From the NCBI GenBank assembly GCA_025454835.1, contig JALONQ010000002.1, forward strand, positions 133,483 through 197,482: a stretch of 64,000 nt of DNA, given 5' to 3'. The stretch comes from Bacteroidota bacterium (GTDB lineage Bacteria > Bacteroidota > Ignavibacteria > UBA10030). The first letter of the stretch is position 1. Every line of letters begins with the position of its first letter. This document shows positions 39,996 to 49,480 of this stretch, in pieces. A model generated the notes under the pieces. That model did not search any database. It worked only from the letters and a program-made list of their open reading frames with translations, and was not told the origin of the DNA. Made by a program: the position numbers and the translations under genes.

Positions 39996-40897
39996 AGACG
40001 TTTCCGCTTCTGCTCTCTCTTCTCCTCATTGCCGCGTGTGGCGATGGCGACGACACTCGCATCGAAGCGACCGGCACCATTGAAGCCACAGACGTCACCA
40101 TCAGCGCGCAAGTCGCGGGTGCAGTCGTGTCCCTGAGGACGGACGAAGGCCTCAAGGTCGGCATCGGTGATACACTTGTCATCCTCGACCAGCGTGAATG
40201 GCGTCTGCAGGCACGACAGGCCGAAGCCAATCTCGCCGCAGCGGAGGCGCAATACCGTCTGGCGGTACGCGGTGCGCGGGCGGAAGATCTCCGGCAGGCC
40301 GAGGCCGCGGATGTAAGCGCCCGGCGCGACCTCGAACGCATGAAGGAGCTTCGGGCGAGCAACAGCATTCCGCAGAAACAACTCGACGACGCGGAACTCC
40401 GCGCGACCGTCGCCCAGCAGACGCTGGAAAAGCTGAAGAATGGCTCGCGTCCCGAAGAGATCGATGCCATGCGAGCCCGACGCGACCAGGCCGCGGCGCA
40501 ACTGGCCCTTCTCCAGAAGAAGCTCGACGATTGCGTGGTCACCTCCCCCGCAGCAGGGACCGTCCTCAACCGGTTTGTCGAGCGGGGAGAGTTTGTCGGT
40601 ATGGGCTCCGCGCTCATCAGGATCGCGAACCTCGAGGAGATGGACCTCATGATCTATGTGCCCGAGACCCAGTTGCCGCGGATCAAGATCGGCCAAACAG
40701 CGTCGCTGAGCGTCGATGCCTTCAAGGACCGCACCTTCGAAGGACGCGTCGTCTTCATCTCATCGACGGCGGAATTCACGCCCAAGAACATCCAAACCAA
40801 GGATGAACGGACAAAGCTGGTGTTCGGTGTGAAGATTCGGGTGGAAAACCCGGATGGTGCACTCAAGGCGGGCATTCCGGCGGATGTGGTGTTATAA
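39992..40897 (+). CDS. HlyD-family periplasmic adaptor (YbhG-like), lipoprotein
   Basis: IAACG lipobox, ATGTIEATDVTISAQVAG, coiled-coil hairpin, EFTPKNIQTKDERTKLVFGVK, LKAGIPADV. ATGA overlap with TetR. Confidence 0.9.
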   Translation: MKTFPLLLSLLLIAACGDGDDTRIEATGTIEATDVTISAQVAGAVVSLRTDEGLKVGIGDTLVILDQREWRLQARQAEANLAAAEAQYRLAVRGARAEDLRQAEAADVSARRDLERMKELRASNSIPQKQLDDAELRATVAQQTLEKLKNGSRPEEIDAMRARRDQAAAQLALLQKKLDDCVVTSPAAGTVLNRFVERGEFVGMGSALIRIANLEEMDLMIYVPETQLPRIKIGQTASLSVDAFKDRTFEGRVVFISSTAEFTPKNIQTKDERTKLVFGVKIRVENPDGALKAGIPADVVL

Positions 40898-40945
40898 AGA
40901 AGGGAAGCAGGTGGGAGATGGGAAATGGGAGACGGGAATAGATCG

Positions 40946-41893
40946 ATGGAAGACGGAAGACAAAGCGCCGTAGCGTTGACGAATATCATCAAGGAGTTTC
41001 CCCGCGAGGGCGGCGGTTCGCTCCGGGCTGTCGATGACCTGACATTGTCGATCGCCAAGGGCGAGGTCTTCAGTCTCGTCGGTCCGGACGGGGCCGGGAA
41101 GACCACGGCCATACGGATGATGTGCGGCGTACTTCCGCCCACGTCGGGCTCGGTTCACATCCTGGGGCTCGATGTCCGGCGGCAGCGGGCCGAAGTGAAA
41201 CAGCATATCGGATACCTGTCCCAACGATTCTCGCTCTATGCCGACCTGACGATCGACGAGAACATCGACTTCTTCGCCGAGATCCATCACGTACGTGAGT
41301 ATCGGAACCGCAAAGCAGAGCTCCTCGAAATGACCCGCTTAACCCCCTTCCGCGACCGCCTCGCCGGACGGCTCTCGGGTGGGATGAAACAGAAACTCGC
41401 GCTGGCCTGCACGCTCGTCCACGCACCGGATGTGATCTTTCTTGACGAGCCGACCACGGGTGTCGATCCTGTGTCGCGCCGGGACTTCTGGCGGATCCTG
41501 TCGGGCCTCCTGAAGACGGGCATGACCATCATCGTCAGCACGCCGTACCTGGATGAAGCGGAACGCAGTTCCCGCGTGGCGCTGATGAGCGCCGGCAAGA
41601 TACTCCAATGCGATACCCCCGAGGCCGTCCGTGCATCGTTCCCCATGGCAGTATTCGAGGTTGTTGTCGACGACGTGCGGACCGCGGCTGAGCGGCTCAG
41701 GCCGCGTCTGACGGCCGATCGAGTGCAACTGTTTGGAGACAGGCTCCACGTCCTGCTCGAAGCAGCGTCGGACCCTGGCGAGCCTGCCGCCCGGCTGAAA
41801 ACACTCTTGACGGAGCTCGACATCAACGCGAGATCTGTCCGTCAAACGCTCCCTTCACTGGAAGATGTGTTCATCCTGCGCACACAGCGCTGA
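40946..41893 (+). CDS. ABC transporter ATP-binding protein (YbhF N-half-like)
   Basis: GPDGAGKTT, LSGGMKQKL, FLDEPTTGVDPVSRRDFW. Start 40946 or 40925. Confidence 0.92.
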   Translation: MEDGRQSAVALTNIIKEFPREGGGSLRAVDDLTLSIAKGEVFSLVGPDGAGKTTAIRMMCGVLPPTSGSVHILGLDVRRQRAEVKQHIGYLSQRFSLYADLTIDENIDFFAEIHHVREYRNRKAELLEMTRLTPFRDRLAGRLSGGMKQKLALACTLVHAPDVIFLDEPTTGVDPVSRRDFWRILSGLLKTGMTIIVSTPYLDEAERSSRVALMSAGKILQCDTPEAVRASFPMAVFEVVVDDVRTAAERLRPRLTADRVQLFGDRLHVLLEAASDPGEPAARLKTLLTELDINARSVRQTLPSLEDVFILRTQR

Positions 41894-41902
41894 GAGGTTG
41901 TC

Positions 41903-43216
41903 ATGAAACGGTTCGTGATCTTCGTCCTTCCCGTTCTTGTTGCGGCGCAGCCGGCCCCTGTTTCCGTCCGATCCTGTATCGACGCGGCCCTGGCACATCA
42001 TCCCATCGTTCGCGTCGCTGAGGCGCGTCAGGCCGTGGCTGAGGCACGGCTCGACGAGACCGCGGCCGCGCGGTTGCCACAGGTGCGGTTGAACGCCCGG
42101 TACTCTCAGCTCAGCCACGTGGACCCGACCACGATCCAGCTCCCGATCCCGGGTTCTCAGCCTATCACGCTCTTCCCCTCCATCGATCAGCAGTCCGGCG
42201 TCCGCGTGTCGGTCAGTCAACCGCTGTTCACCGGATTCCGCCTGAGCGGCGCCGAGGATGCTGCGCGTGCGAATGCGGCGTCTTCATCCGAAGAAGCCGC
42301 CCGGGATCGCGCAGACCTCGCTCTGCAGGTGGAACAGGCGTACTGGTCCTGGGTCCAGGCACTGGAATCCGTTGAGGTTCTGCAGCGTGCCCTGACGCAG
42401 CTGGCCGAACATGAACGGATCGTGCAACGCCTTTCCGACCAAGGGCTCGCCACCTCGTCCGATGTTCTGAACGTGCAGGTGAAACGATCGGACGTCGACG
42501 TGCGGCTCATCGAAGCGCGGACAAATTCGGTTCTGGCGATGATGGCGTTGAACAACCTCGTCGGGAATCCACTCGAGACGGTCCTCACGCCTGCCGAACG
42601 CCCGCTTGATTCGTTGCAGGCGCGGCCGGCAACCGGGATGGACGCCCTTGTTGCTCATGCCGTTGAAGCGAGGCCGGACCTTCGTGCTCTGCAGTACCGT
42701 CGCGAGATGGGTGAAGCGACGGTCACCGCATCCAGGGGCGGCTGGTTTCCACAAGTTGCTCTCGCAGCCGGATATGACTACGCGCGGCCAAACCAGCGTA
42801 TCATTCCGCCCAAGGATCGATACGACGGCACCTGGGATATCGGGTTGACCCTGCAATGGAACGTGTGGGATTGGATGACGACGGCGTCACAGAGCGCACA
42901 GGCGCAGGCGGCAGTTCGTCAGACCGAGGCGGGGATCGAGCAACTGACGAACTCCGTCCGATTGGAAGTGACTCAATACGTCAGGAAGGTGGAGGATGGA
43001 CGTGAGCTCGTGCGTGCTGCGCAGATGGGTGTCCGGGCAGCTGAAGAATCCCGCCGGATCGCTGGCGAAAAGTTCGACCGGGGTACGTCCTCGACCACGG
43101 ACGTCCTCGACGCCGAGGTCGCATTATTGCAGGCTCGCCTGGCGCTCACTCGTGCGGGAGCCGAAGTACGGCTTAACGATGCGCGCCTCCGCCGTGCTCT
43201 CGGAGAACATCCATGA
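41903..43216 (+). CDS. TolC-family outer-membrane efflux protein
   Basis: AAALAHHP...ARLPQV...SQPLFTGF; WFPQVAL...YDY; GTSSTTDVLDAE. Confidence 0.9.
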   Translation: MKRFVIFVLPVLVAAQPAPVSVRSCIDAALAHHPIVRVAEARQAVAEARLDETAAARLPQVRLNARYSQLSHVDPTTIQLPIPGSQPITLFPSIDQQSGVRVSVSQPLFTGFRLSGAEDAARANAASSSEEAARDRADLALQVEQAYWSWVQALESVEVLQRALTQLAEHERIVQRLSDQGLATSSDVLNVQVKRSDVDVRLIEARTNSVLAMMALNNLVGNPLETVLTPAERPLDSLQARPATGMDALVAHAVEARPDLRALQYRREMGEATVTASRGGWFPQVALAAGYDYARPNQRIIPPKDRYDGTWDIGLTLQWNVWDWMTTASQSAQAQAAVRQTEAGIEQLTNSVRLEVTQYVRKVEDGRELVRAAQMGVRAAEESRRIAGEKFDRGTSSTTDVLDAEVALLQARLALTRAGAEVRLNDARLRRALGEHP

Positions 43217-44169
43217 ACGATGTCGCCGTCAGCGTCGAAAGCCTGACGCGGACCTTTGGATCATTTATCGCCGTCGACCATGTCAGTTTCCAGGTGCGTC
43301 GCGGCGAGGTCTTTGGCTTTCTCGGCCCGAACGGCGCCGGGAAGTCCACCACGATCCGCATGCTGTGCGGATTGCTCTCGCCGACTTCCGGCAATGCAAC
43401 TGTGGGCGGCATCGATGTCGCCAGCGATCCCGACGCTGTGAAGGCCACGATCGGATATATGTCGCAACGGTTCTCGTTGTATGAGGATCTCACGGTCGAG
43501 CAGAATATTCGCTTCTACGGCGGCATCTACGGGTTGGAGGGGCATCGCCTTGCCGAGCGAAAGACGTGGGCCGTACGGATGGCGGGATTGGCAGGGAAGG
43601 AACGGGAACTGACTGGTTCACTATCCGGAGGGTGGAAGCAGCGGCTGGCGCTGGGGTGCGCCATCCTCCATGAGCCGCCGATCCTGTTCCTGGACGAGCC
43701 GACCGGCGGCGTCGATCCCGTGTCGCGCCGGGAATTCTGGGACCTTATCTACCAGCTTTCAAACGCCGGCACCACGGTCTTCGTCACAACGCACTACATG
43801 GACGAAGCGGAGCATTGCAATACGATCGGCTTCATCTATGCCGGAAAACTGGTCGCCATTGGTTCTCCCACCGAGCTCAAACAGCATATGGGTGCAGGGG
43901 CGACGTATGAGGTCGCCTGCGAGCGTCCTTTGGACGCCGTCGATCTTTTCCAAAGACTCCCCTGGGCCGCCGAGACCTCGATCTTCGGTTCCCACTGCCA
44001 CGTCACACTGACGTCCGCCGCCGAGGGTCCTGACCTCATTCGGAAAACACTTGCGGAGGCCGGTATGGCGCTGCATCGCCTGGAGTCGATCACACCTTCG
44101 CTTGAGGATGTGTTCATTCACCTCATCAGCGAAGAGGACAAGCGTCTGACACGAACGGAGGCCTCATGA
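43213..44169 (+). CDS. ABC transporter ATP-binding protein (YbhF C-half-like)
   Basis: GPNGAGKST, LSGGWKQRLALGCA, FLDEPTGGVDP, TTHYMDEAEHC. Confidence 0.93.
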   Translation: MNDVAVSVESLTRTFGSFIAVDHVSFQVRRGEVFGFLGPNGAGKSTTIRMLCGLLSPTSGNATVGGIDVASDPDAVKATIGYMSQRFSLYEDLTVEQNIRFYGGIYGLEGHRLAERKTWAVRMAGLAGKERELTGSLSGGWKQRLALGCAILHEPPILFLDEPTGGVDPVSRREFWDLIYQLSNAGTTVFVTTHYMDEAEHCNTIGFIYAGKLVAIGSPTELKQHMGAGATYEVACERPLDAVDLFQRLPWAAETSIFGSHCHVTLTSAAEGPDLIRKTLAEAGMALHRLESITPSLEDVFIHLISEEDKRLTRTEAS

Positions 44170-45290
44170 CCATCCTGCCGATCGTTCGCAAGGAATTCCG
44201 CCAGATCCGGCGCGACAAACGGGCGCTCGGGATCCTGATCTTCCTTCCCGGCTTTCTTCTGATCCTCGTGGGGTATGCGCTCAATTTCGACGTGAAGCAC
44301 GTCGGCGTGGCTGTTCTCGATGAGGACCGGACGCCGGAAAGCCGCCGGCTCGCTGAAGGTTTGACGAACTCCGAATACCTCGAATACACGTGGTCGATCC
44401 GCGACCGGAGTGAAGTGGACGCCGTTCTCGACGGCGCCCAAGCGCGCGTGGTGCTCATCATCCCCCGCGGATTCTCCCACACACTCCTGAGCGGTTCGAC
44501 GGCCACCGTGCAAGTGCTCGTGGATGGCTCGAACCCGAATTCGGCCTCCATCTCCGCGGCTTACATGCTCATCGGCATCAGGGATTACTCATCGCGCATC
44601 CTGACGGAGTGGATGGATCGCCGGGGGATGGAGATCGCTCTTCCTGTCGACATACGGCCGCGATTGTGGTTCAATCCTGAGTTGAAGACGGCAAAATTCC
44701 TCGTTCCGGGGGTCTTTGGACTTATCCTGCTGCTCTCGACGGTCATCTCCACATCGCTGTCCGTTGTTCGGGAAAAAGAGTTGGGGACGATGGAACAGCT
44801 GAAGACGTCCCCGCTCCACGCCTACGAGATCATCATCGGCAAAGCTCTGCCGTACGTCGGCATCGCCCTCGTCGCGGCCACCATCATCCTGCTCATGGGA
44901 TGGGGCTTGTTCGATGTGACCGTCCGTGGAAGCCTGTTGCTTCTGTATGGCGCGATCCTGTTGTTCCTCCTTGCCGGTCTGGGACAAGGCCTGCTCATTT
45001 CGGCGGTCGCTCAGACCCAGCAGGTCGCATTCTTTCTGTCGGTATTCTCGTCTCTCCTTCCCACGTTTCTGCTGTCGGGTTTCGTGTTCCCGCTCAAGAG
45101 CATGCCGTGGCTGCTTCAGGGGATCGGGGCCATCCTGCCGACGAAGTACTTCCTCATCATCGTTCGGTCGATCATCTTGAAGGACGTCGGGTTCTGGCCG
45201 CTGTGGCCTGAGTTTCTCGCCCTCGGATTATTCACCCTGGCGACGGTGACCATCAGCAGTATTCGCCTTCATCGGGACCTTTCGTCATGA
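44166..45290 (+). CDS. ABC-2 type permease (YbhS-like)
   Basis: KEFRQIRRD, WFNPEL..FLVPG, VREKELGTMEQL, LLSGFVFP. Confidence 0.92.
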   Translation: MTILPIVRKEFRQIRRDKRALGILIFLPGFLLILVGYALNFDVKHVGVAVLDEDRTPESRRLAEGLTNSEYLEYTWSIRDRSEVDAVLDGAQARVVLIIPRGFSHTLLSGSTATVQVLVDGSNPNSASISAAYMLIGIRDYSSRILTEWMDRRGMEIALPVDIRPRLWFNPELKTAKFLVPGVFGLILLLSTVISTSLSVVREKELGTMEQLKTSPLHAYEIIIGKALPYVGIALVAATIILLMGWGLFDVTVRGSLLLLYGAILLFLLAGLGQGLLISAVAQTQQVAFFLSVFSSLLPTFLLSGFVFPLKSMPWLLQGIGAILPTKYFLIIVRSIILKDVGFWPLWPEFLALGLFTLATVTISSIRLHRDLSS

Positions 45291-46414
45291 ACGCGATCCG
45301 GGAGATGATCATCAAGGAGTTTCTGCAGCTGAGCAGGGACAAACGGATGCGGCCCATCATCCTTGTGGCGCCGGTGGTCATGACCGTGCTTCTTGGTTAC
45401 GCTGCCACGGTGGACGTGAAGCACGTGGGATTGGTTGTCTGCGACCTCGACAACAGCCCGGAGAGTCGTGAGTTGGTCGAACGATTCACGAACACGGGGA
45501 CGTTCGAAGTGGTGGGGGATGTCGCCCGGCCGTCGGACATCGACGCATACTTCGACGACGCGCGTGCCGTCCTGGCGGTGATCATGCCGCGCGGATTCGG
45601 GCGCGACCTGAAAAAGGGGACGACGACGTCGCTCCAACTTCTGGCCGATGGAGCCGATGCGAATACGGCCAACATCAGCCTGAACTACGCCCGTCAGATC
45701 ACGATCGGGTTCTCGCAGAATCTGCTGGTGGAACAGCTGTTGCGGAGGGGGGGCACGATGCGCATCCCGCAGGTGGCGGCGGAGACCCGGGTGTGGTACA
45801 ACCCCGACCTTCGGAGTGCCAACTATATGGTCCCGGCGGTGGTGGCAATGATCCTGATGCTGTTGACGGCGACGTTCACGTCGGTCGCGATCGTCAAGGA
45901 ACGGGAGATGGGAACGATGGAACAGCTGCTCGTGACGCCGATGACGCGTTCACAGCTGATGTTGGGAAAACTCGTTCCGTACGTATTGATCGCCTTCGTC
46001 GATGTCATCCTCGTTCTCACCGTGGCGGTCCTCTGGTTCAGTATCCCGCTCAAAGGGAGCATTCTCCTGCTGTTCGCGCTTGCAGGCCTGTTCGTCCTGA
46101 CGACCCTCGGACTGGGCCTCTTCGTCTCAACCGTGTCGCAGACGCAGCAGCAAGCGATGATGACGGCGCAGTTCTTCGTCTTCTTTCCGATGTTGTTCCT
46201 CTCGGGCTTCACCTTTCCCATCGAGAACATGCCCGTGCCCGTGCAGGTGATCACCTACATCGTGCCGCTCAGGTATTTCCTGGAGATCATCAGGGGGGTG
46301 GTGCTGAAAGGAGTGGGGATCGAGACACTGTGGCCGCAGGCGCTCGCTTTGCTGGCGATCGGCCTGACCGTGCTTACGCTGGCGGTGTCGAGGTTCCAGA
46401 AGAGGCTGGGTTAG
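45287..46414 (+). CDS. ABC-2 type permease (YbhR-like)
   Basis: KEFLQLSRD, VWYNPDL, VKEREMGTMEQL, LSGFTFPIENMP. Confidence 0.92.
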   Translation: MNAIREMIIKEFLQLSRDKRMRPIILVAPVVMTVLLGYAATVDVKHVGLVVCDLDNSPESRELVERFTNTGTFEVVGDVARPSDIDAYFDDARAVLAVIMPRGFGRDLKKGTTTSLQLLADGADANTANISLNYARQITIGFSQNLLVEQLLRRGGTMRIPQVAAETRVWYNPDLRSANYMVPAVVAMILMLLTATFTSVAIVKEREMGTMEQLLVTPMTRSQLMLGKLVPYVLIAFVDVILVLTVAVLWFSIPLKGSILLLFALAGLFVLTTLGLGLFVSTVSQTQQQAMMTAQFFVFFPMLFLSGFTFPIENMPVPVQVITYIVPLRYFLEIIRGVVLKGVGIETLWPQALALLAIGLTVLTLAVSRFQKRLG

Positions 46415-46426
46415 GCAGAAGCGGAG

Positions 46427-46529
46427 CACAGAGACCCACAGAGGGACACGAAATTCCACAGAGCAAGGTCGTGAGTTACCCCCAGATCCTTTTGTGTGGA
46501 CCTGCGTGAGAACTCGGTAGATCTCTGTG
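46427..46529. repeat. Imperfect palindromic element with 10-bp periodic CACAGAG units and a complementary CTCTGTG-like arm
   Basis: CACAGAG at 46427, 46437 and 46457, CACGAAA at 46447. Degenerate reverse copies at ~46490, 46502, 46513 and 46523. Confidence 0.7.
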
Positions 46530-46550
46530 TCATGGTTCTTCTTCCGTCGG

Positions 46551-46880
46551 TCAATCGACGATCAGCAACCTCACTCCGTTCTTCGATCGTGATCGATGCG
46601 CCTCCTTGTCATCTGCCACGATGTAGGTCATGCCTTTCGTCAGCGTGCAGCTTCTCCCATCCTCCAACTCCGACACAAACTCACCCTCAAGCACGTGCAC
46701 CACGTGCCCTTTCTGGCACCAGTGGTCGGCGAGGAATCCGGCCGAATAATCGACGATTCGGACGCGGACATTTCCTTCTTTGACCATGCGCCATGTTGAG
46801 CTGCCGGTCTCGCCCGGGTGTTCTTCCGGTGGGACGCTGTCCCAATCGATTGTTTGGAAGGGGATATGTGTGAGTTCCAA
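46551..46880 (-). CDS. DHCW-motif cupin-fold protein
   Basis: IPFQTIDW..EHPGETG..RVRIVDYSAGFLADHWCQKGHVVHVLEGE. TTG start at 46880 inferred; the longer track ORF overlaps the next gene. Confidence 0.82.
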   Translation of the reverse strand: MELTHIPFQTIDWDSVPPEEHPGETGSSTWRMVKEGNVRVRIVDYSAGFLADHWCQKGHVVHVLEGEFVSELEDGRSCTLTKGMTYIVADDKEAHRSRSKNGVRLLIVD

Positions 46881-47000
46881 GGGAACCTGCTCTTGTGGGC
46901 GGGGAACGTACGGAGCATCGTGATCGCGTTCAATGAATGACAGTTTGCATTCGCAGGAAGAATCGACGACGTTCTTGAAATGCTGAATCGGGAGTCTGCC

Positions 47001-49364
47001 ATGCGCATCACATTCGTTGCCCTTCTTGTCCTCGTCGTTGCCGCGACTGCTTCGGCCCAGCGTCCTGGTGACGCCGACGGAAAGATCCTGTTGCCCAACG
47101 GCTGGTCCCTGACCCCTGCTGGGACACAGGTCGCCGTGGGCGATCTTCCCATGAATGCAGTCCTCACCGAAGACGAACGGCTGCTGGCGATCGTCCATGG
47201 CGGTCAATCCAAGGCCGAGCTCCACGTCCTTCGCATTGCCGACCGCACCACGACACAGGTCATCCGTCTGAAAGACTCATTCTGGGGAATAGCGCGTGAC
47301 GGATCACGCCTGTTCGTCTCGGGTGGATATCAGGATTGCATCTACACCTTCCGCTTCGTGGCAGACACACTCGTTGCCGGAGACACGCTTCGGCTCCCTC
47401 GTCATCCGTCGAAACGAGGCATGGGAGTGGCCGGCCTCGATGTTCGGGAAAACGCGCTCGGCTGTGTCACGCGGTTGGACAGCACGCTGCACGTGATCAG
47501 CATGGCCGATGGACGCCGGCGATCGGTCAAACTCGACGCCATGCCCTACGCGTGTCTGGCCCTCGGGGGTGATCGATGGCTCGTGTCTCTGTGGGGCGGT
47601 AAGAAGATCGTGGCGTATCGTGGGACGGAACGGGAGTTCGAATGTCCGACCGGCGACCATCCCAACGAGATCACGCTGTCGTCGGATGGCTCGACGGCTT
47701 ATGTGGCATGTGCCAACGACAACACGGTGTCTGTCGTCGACCTTGGAGCCCGCAAGACGACCGCTTCTGCGTCGACGGCCATCCATCCGGATGCACCAGA
47801 AGGCTCGACCACGAATTCCGTCGCACTGGTGCCGGGCACATCGCTGCTCCTTGCCGCCAACGCCGACAACAATGCACTCGCTGTCGTCGATGTGCGGACC
47901 CCCTCGCGGCCGTCGATCGCAGGCTTCATCCCGGTCGGTTGGTATCCCACGAAGGTCATGACGCTTCGCGACGGAACAATGTTGGTGCTCAACGGGAAGG
48001 GGGGACGGTCTCTGGCTAACCCGCAGAGGCAGTATATCGGCGGATTGTTCCCGGGCTCGTGTTCGATCATTCCATTTCCCTCCCCGGAAGCGCTCGGGAA
48101 ATTCACGAAACAGGTGTTCTCCAACACGCCGTATCGGCAGGAACAGCTCTCTGCGTCTCAGCATGCGAGCGACACACCCATTCCGCGCACGGTGGGAGCT
48201 GCGTCACCCATCAAGCATGTCTTCTATATCATCAGGGAAAACCGGACATATGACCAGGTGTTCGGAGATATGAAGAAAGGGAATGGCGACTCGTCACTCT
48301 GCCTCTTCGGCGAAAAGGTCACTCCCAACGCCCATGCGTTGGCGCGACAATTCGTCCTGTTCGACAACTTCTACGTCAATGCCGAAGTGAGCGCCGACGG
48401 GCACAACTGGTCCGACGGTGCCTACGCCACCGACTACGTCGAGAAGACATGGCCGCCCAATTATGGCGGGCGTGGAGGCGAATACGACTTCGAAGGCGAC
48501 GAACCCACGGCCCGGCCGTCATCCGGATACCTGTGGACGGCGTGCGCGAAGAAGGGGATCACGTACCGAACGTACGGCGAATGGGTTGCCACGAACGACT
48601 CCGTCGGCCTCCCGGGCCGGCCAAAGGACGTGGACCTGGTGAACAACTTCTCCCCAACGTATCGCGGCTGGGACATGGACTATTCGGACCTGGATCGTGC
48701 TGCCGCGTGGGAGAGAGAGTTTTCGCAGTTCGAAAAGGATGGAAGCCTGCCGAACCTGAGCATTCTGCATCTTCCGAACGATCACACCTCCGGGACGAAA
48801 AAAGGGGCCCTGACCCCGAGGGCCTTGGTGGCACAAAATGATCGCGCACTGGGGCTCATTGTGGAGCGCATCACGAAGAGCCGCTTCTGGACGGAGTCCG
48901 CGATCTTCGTCGTCGAGGATGATGCACAGGACGGTCCCGACCATGTGGACGCTCATCGTTCTCCGGCCTTGGTCATTTCCCCCTTCGCGAGGCGTGGGTA
49001 TGTCGACCATTCTCTCTATAGCACGGTCTCAATGCTCAGGACCATGGAGCTTATTCTGGGGCTTCCCCCCATGAGCCAGTACGATGCGGCGGCGACCCCG
49101 ATGGCGAATGCGTTCATGGAGGTTCCTGAGCCGTCCGGCTTCACGGCCCTTCAGGCGACGTGGGACCTGGAGGAGCGGAACCCTCCGAAGAGCGTGGGAG
49201 AGGCGTTGATGGAGCAGTTCGACCTCTCGCGGCCCGACGCGGCTCCCGACCGTGCCTTCAATGAGATCATCTGGGCGTCGATCATGGGGACGCCGATGCC
49301 CGCGCCGAGATACTCGGTCTTCTCACGGGGGGCGGAGGTTGAGCAAGAGGGGGATGACGACTAG
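47001..49364 (+). CDS. YncE-like beta-propeller fused to a phosphoesterase/alkaline-phosphatase-superfamily domain
   Basis: Signal peptide. TGDHPNEI, NTVSVVD, IPVGWYPT repeats. IKHVFYIIRENRTYDQVFGD, LPNDHT, VEDDAQDGPDHVDAHRS. Confidence 0.85.
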   Translation: MRITFVALLVLVVAATASAQRPGDADGKILLPNGWSLTPAGTQVAVGDLPMNAVLTEDERLLAIVHGGQSKAELHVLRIADRTTTQVIRLKDSFWGIARDGSRLFVSGGYQDCIYTFRFVADTLVAGDTLRLPRHPSKRGMGVAGLDVRENALGCVTRLDSTLHVISMADGRRRSVKLDAMPYACLALGGDRWLVSLWGGKKIVAYRGTEREFECPTGDHPNEITLSSDGSTAYVACANDNTVSVVDLGARKTTASASTAIHPDAPEGSTTNSVALVPGTSLLLAANADNNALAVVDVRTPSRPSIAGFIPVGWYPTKVMTLRDGTMLVLNGKGGRSLANPQRQYIGGLFPGSCSIIPFPSPEALGKFTKQVFSNTPYRQEQLSASQHASDTPIPRTVGAASPIKHVFYIIRENRTYDQVFGDMKKGNGDSSLCLFGEKVTPNAHALARQFVLFDNFYVNAEVSADGHNWSDGAYATDYVEKTWPPNYGGRGGEYDFEGDEPTARPSSGYLWTACAKKGITYRTYGEWVATNDSVGLPGRPKDVDLVNNFSPTYRGWDMDYSDLDRAAAWEREFSQFEKDGSLPNLSILHLPNDHTSGTKKGALTPRALVAQNDRALGLIVERITKSRFWTESAIFVVEDDAQDGPDHVDAHRSPALVISPFARRGYVDHSLYSTVSMLRTMELILGLPPMSQYDAAATPMANAFMEVPEPSGFTALQATWDLEERNPPKSVGEALMEQFDLSRPDAAPDRAFNEIIWASIMGTPMPAPRYSVFSRGAEVEQEGDDD

Positions 49365-49411
49365 CCCTTCTGGCCGAGTAAAACTTGCCGTGAGGTCGGA
49401 AGAAGACGATC

Positions 49412-49439
49412 AAGGCCGCCGGGGATGTCCGGCGGCCTT
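49412..49439. terminator. Hairpin AAGGCCGCCGG-GGATGT-CCGGCGGCCTT between convergent genes
   Basis: Perfect 11-bp stem between stops at 49364 (+) and 49481 (-). Confidence 0.7.
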
Positions 49440-49480
49440 CGTCGTTCCTGCGACCGGTCCATTCCTACCACCGGCCAAGG

